A stretch of 48,034 bases of DNA from a virus (Duplodnaviria > Caudoviricetes). The DNA is taken from the IMG/VR virus record IMGVR_UViG_3300005611_000048, positions 1 to 48,034 of that record, one strand, 5' to 3'. Positions within the stretch are counted from its first letter, which is position 1, and each line of letters starts with the position of its first letter. Below the pieces are notes generated by a model, which had not been told where the DNA came from, did no database searches, and saw only the letters and a list, made by a program, of their open reading frames with translations. The translations under genes and the position numbers were made by a program. Below, piece by piece: positions 45,630 through 48,034 of the stretch.

Positions 45630-45767
45630 ATGGCAGACAAAGAGAAGAAAACAAAGAAGAAGAAGGAAATCCCTTTAGGGGATGGGATGGCGGAGAAAGC
45701 CCGGAACAAGTTACGCAGACGGGACGAACAGCTTAAAGCTCAGCTCAAGAAAGCTAAAGGCTACTAA
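45630..45767 (+). CDS. small basic protein (not in ORF track)
   Basis: 45 aa MADKEKKTKKKKEIPLGDGMAEKARNKLRRRDEQLK...; AAGGTGG RBS and TAATG coupling to the next gene. Confidence 0.6.
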   Translation: MADKEKKTKKKKEIPLGDGMAEKARNKLRRRDEQLKAQLKKAKGY

Positions 45768-46111
45768 TGTTAATTGACTATAAGCAGTTAGAGTACTTAC
45801 ACCCTAAACTAAGACAACTCCTTGAGTGGTTAGAGTTTGAAACGGGAGTACACTTCGTAAATACCTCGAACTATCGTATCGGGGATAACGGGGTACACGG
45901 TACTTTACCATGCAGAGGTTGGGATCTACGATGCCGTAACCGTAAACTAGGACAATGTATTGTTGACATAGTTAATGAGTATTGGGTATACGATCCTAGT
46001 AGACCTGCCCTACTGTGTGCTATTGCTCATGGTCAAGGGGCTAACTACCACATCCACTTACAAGTAACAGACAAGACAATCGAATCAAGGGTAGACAGAC
46101 CAAATGCTTAA
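45767..46111 (+). CDS. peptidase M15-like zinc peptidase (putative endolysin)
   Basis: LHPKL...TSNYR....VH.....GWDLR...HIHLQ gives H, D and H zinc ligands. Confidence 0.7.
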   Translation: MLIDYKQLEYLHPKLRQLLEWLEFETGVHFVNTSNYRIGDNGVHGTLPCRGWDLRCRNRKLGQCIVDIVNEYWVYDPSRPALLCAIAHGQGANYHIHLQVTDKTIESRVDRPNA

Positions 46112-46565
46112 GAAACTAATTATCTCCACACTTATTCTCACATCCCTTGCAGGTTGTGGATCAATCCCCCAGAAACTAGCTAATGCCATTACTCCAGATA
46201 ATATTGAGCGTACAGAGCTTTTGATTAAAGTAGCTGCTTCACAGTATATCCAAGCTGGTGAACCTGAAGAATTCGCACAACGAGCTAAGGATACTCAGGA
46301 GCAAGTGCAAAGTTTTCTCGATGGTCTCGAAGCCGCAGAAAGCACACCTATTGCTTTACTCGAAGGGGAATTTAAAGATCAGATTAAATTTTCAAGCCTT
46401 ACAATTGCAGATCAAATTCTTGTACAAGCTTTGATTGATAACGTAGTAACTCAGTTAGAATTAGGTCAAGACAATGCTATCCTAAAGCCTGACACTACTG
46501 TTGCCATCAAACAAATCCTTAACATTGTACTTGAGACAGCAACCCTTTACGCAGTAGGTGCATAA
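46104..46565 (+). CDS. lipoprotein (lysis module)
   Basis: Signal peptide with lipobox LAGC. Confidence 0.72.
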   Translation: MLKKLIISTLILTSLAGCGSIPQKLANAITPDNIERTELLIKVAASQYIQAGEPEEFAQRAKDTQEQVQSFLDGLEAAESTPIALLEGEFKDQIKFSSLTIADQILVQALIDNVVTQLELGQDNAILKPDTTVAIKQILNIVLETATLYAVGA

Positions 46566-46984
46566 TGCCTTTCCTGACTACCCCTCCATTCCGTCCCGGA
46601 TTAACTAAGGAACAATGGAATAAGGATATGTTGGAAAGCACATTGAAGTATAAGAGTGACAGATACCATCGGGTGATTAAAGTACCCGGTGGTTTCATCA
46701 CAGACTATGCTTCGATACCTAGAGCATTCCAAGTATTCATTCCTAAAGTAGCGAGACACCGCTATGCCGCGGTAGTCCATGATTGGCTATACAATAAAAA
46801 CAACCCTTACAAAGGGATTACCAGAGCACAAGCAGATCTAATCTTTCTAGATGCTATGAAGGATTTAGGTGTAACAGCTTGGATGCGTTGGTCAATGTAT
46901 ACAGCAGTAAGAACATTTGGATGGGCTTTGTATAAAGGCGGTATCCAGAACCCAAGGACTAAGTACAAGCACAAAAGGAAGTGA
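46565..46984 (+). CDS. DUF1353 family protein
   Basis: VPGGFITDYASIP, AAVVHDWLY, RAQADLIFLDAM, MYTAVRTFG. Confidence 0.85.
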   Translation: MPFLTTPPFRPGLTKEQWNKDMLESTLKYKSDRYHRVIKVPGGFITDYASIPRAFQVFIPKVARHRYAAVVHDWLYNKNNPYKGITRAQADLIFLDAMKDLGVTAWMRWSMYTAVRTFGWALYKGGIQNPRTKYKHKRK

Positions 46985-46985
46985 T

Positions 46986-47420
46986 ATGATGGCGTTTAAG
47001 GATGGTGTTGATTTTATTAAGTGGTTAAAGTCTGTAGGTGTCCCCGGATGCATTATAGTTGCGATCCTATTTAGTGTAGGATCTTTTGGGTTATCTTATT
47101 ACCAAGATACTAAATTAAGGGATTACGTAGATTCTAATTACATAACAGCAGCAGTAGCACAAGAGGCTGTAGATCAAGCAGAAGAAAACGCTAAAGCGAT
47201 AGGTGCGGTAGCTGATGCTGTAAAGAGAGTGGAAATATCAGGAGAAAAGGTTGAGATACGAAGACTTCACAGATTATATTGTTTAGCTGTAAAGGATAAC
47301 AATAGTGAAGTTAGGGACTCCCTTAATGCTGATATTGATGACCATCAGAAGTACTATAAAAAATTAACTAATAACGGGAGACTACCTTTACAGCCTTGCG
47401 ATATTATAACTAATTCATAA
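46986..47420 (+). CDS. membrane-anchored coiled-coil protein (holin/spanin candidate)
   Basis: ORF 46917..47420; likelier start at MMAFKD after AAGGA (approximate); one TM helix, then a coiled coil with two cysteines. Confidence 0.55.
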   Translation: MMAFKDGVDFIKWLKSVGVPGCIIVAILFSVGSFGLSYYQDTKLRDYVDSNYITAAVAQEAVDQAEENAKAIGAVADAVKRVEISGEKVEIRRLHRLYCLAVKDNNSEVRDSLNADIDDHQKYYKKLTNNGRLPLQPCDIITNS

Positions 47421-47421
47421 T

Positions 47422-47826
47422 ATGGAAAATCCTTTAGAGGTATTTACTAAGTTAATTACAGATACCGGAGGCTATGTTAATCCCTCACTTCTTTTGCTTG
47501 TGGGTGATGATGCTTTACATGGTGAAGTGAGCCTTGCGGGGGTGCCTGATGATGAGCTTGCGCTTAGAGTTCCCCTATCACTGCAAGAGACGCCTAATAA
47601 AGAGGGGGCTTGGACAGAGTTTTGTAGAAGTCTTGGCCAAGAAATTGATGCTAAGTGGTGGGCAACCAGAGAACCAGTGATGCCGCTATTGGCCGCTGTC
47701 AATCACAATGACTCTAGCAAGGGACGGATGACTTATGCGCTAGACTTTGTTGAACTTTATGGATCTGAGACTTGTTATACCAAGAAGCCGTTACGACTAA
47801 AAAAAATTTGGGGAATTGAAAGCTGA
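47422..47826 (+). CDS. hypothetical protein
   Basis: 134 aa ORF, coupled (TGATG) to the next gene. Confidence 0.6.
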   Translation: MENPLEVFTKLITDTGGYVNPSLLLLVGDDALHGEVSLAGVPDDELALRVPLSLQETPNKEGAWTEFCRSLGQEIDAKWWATREPVMPLLAAVNHNDSSKGRMTYALDFVELYGSETCYTKKPLRLKKIWGIES

Positions 47827-48034
47827 TGCCAATCACTGTAGCAAGCACCTTACAGAAAAAAGACCGGGGCGGTATCGATCACGCTAAGGTGCTGATTGTT
47901 TATGACACCGCTGATGGTACGGGCGCAGACTCACAATTTGATATTGCTAACACTTACCACAGTGCTTGGGAGCTAACACTTGCGCCTTACGGTGTAGACC
48001 TTTCGGCCACTAATGCTGACAGCAATGCAAGTAT
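47826..48034 (+). CDS. 5' end of a gene truncated by the window end
   Basis: ATG at 47826 stays open to the end (MPITVASTLQKKDRGGIDHAKVLIVYDTADGTGADSQFDIANTYHSAWELTLAPYGVDLSATNADSNAS...). Confidence 0.65.
   Translation, partial: MPITVASTLQKKDRGGIDHAKVLIVYDTADGTGADSQFDIANTYHSAWELTLAPYGVDLSATNADSNAS

Noticed and set aside
45518-45736. 72 aa ORF from the track
   Set aside because: A better ORF (45630..45767) with an RBS and TAATG coupling occupies this space.
500-47702. Antisense or alternative-frame ORFs nested in real genes (e.g. 962..1279, 7057..7371, 17493..17897, 18787..19080, 23387..23713, 27158..27532, 36970..37188)
   Set aside because: They are shadow ORFs fully overlapping well-supported genes, with no recognisable motifs.
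1-48034. Stop-codon reassignment suggested by frequent TAG trinucleotides
   Set aside because: Genes are full length under the standard code and several end in TAG. No suppressor tRNA is seen.

Overview
Near-complete genome of a tailed dsDNA phage, probably a lytic podovirus of a Gram-negative (likely proteobacterial) host. The window breaks inside coding sequence at both ends. There are two convergent arms. The + strand (about 44300-48034, continuing at 1-16623) carries lysis, packaging, head, tail and ejection genes. The - strand (about 43100 down to 16678) carries early, replication and nucleotide-metabolism genes: primase, DnaB-like helicase, family A DNA polymerase, SSB, exo- and endonucleases, MazG and class II RNR. 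I found no RNA polymerase, sigma factor, integrase or repressor. The main finding is an apparently complete phage-encoded ubiquitin-like conjugation operon (Ubl, E2-like, E1/ThiF, JAB peptidase) at 34170-37184. Other notable features are a NARP1-like NAD+ reconstitution pair, three sigmaE/AlgU-type promoters (GGAACT-N16/17-GTCTAA), five clustered sigma54-type sites, a SutA-like RNAP-binding protein, a PEP-CTERM-like micro-protein, a degenerate tRNA-Trp and apparent genome-wide avoidance of CCWGG. All calls come from motif recognition by eye, with no database searches.
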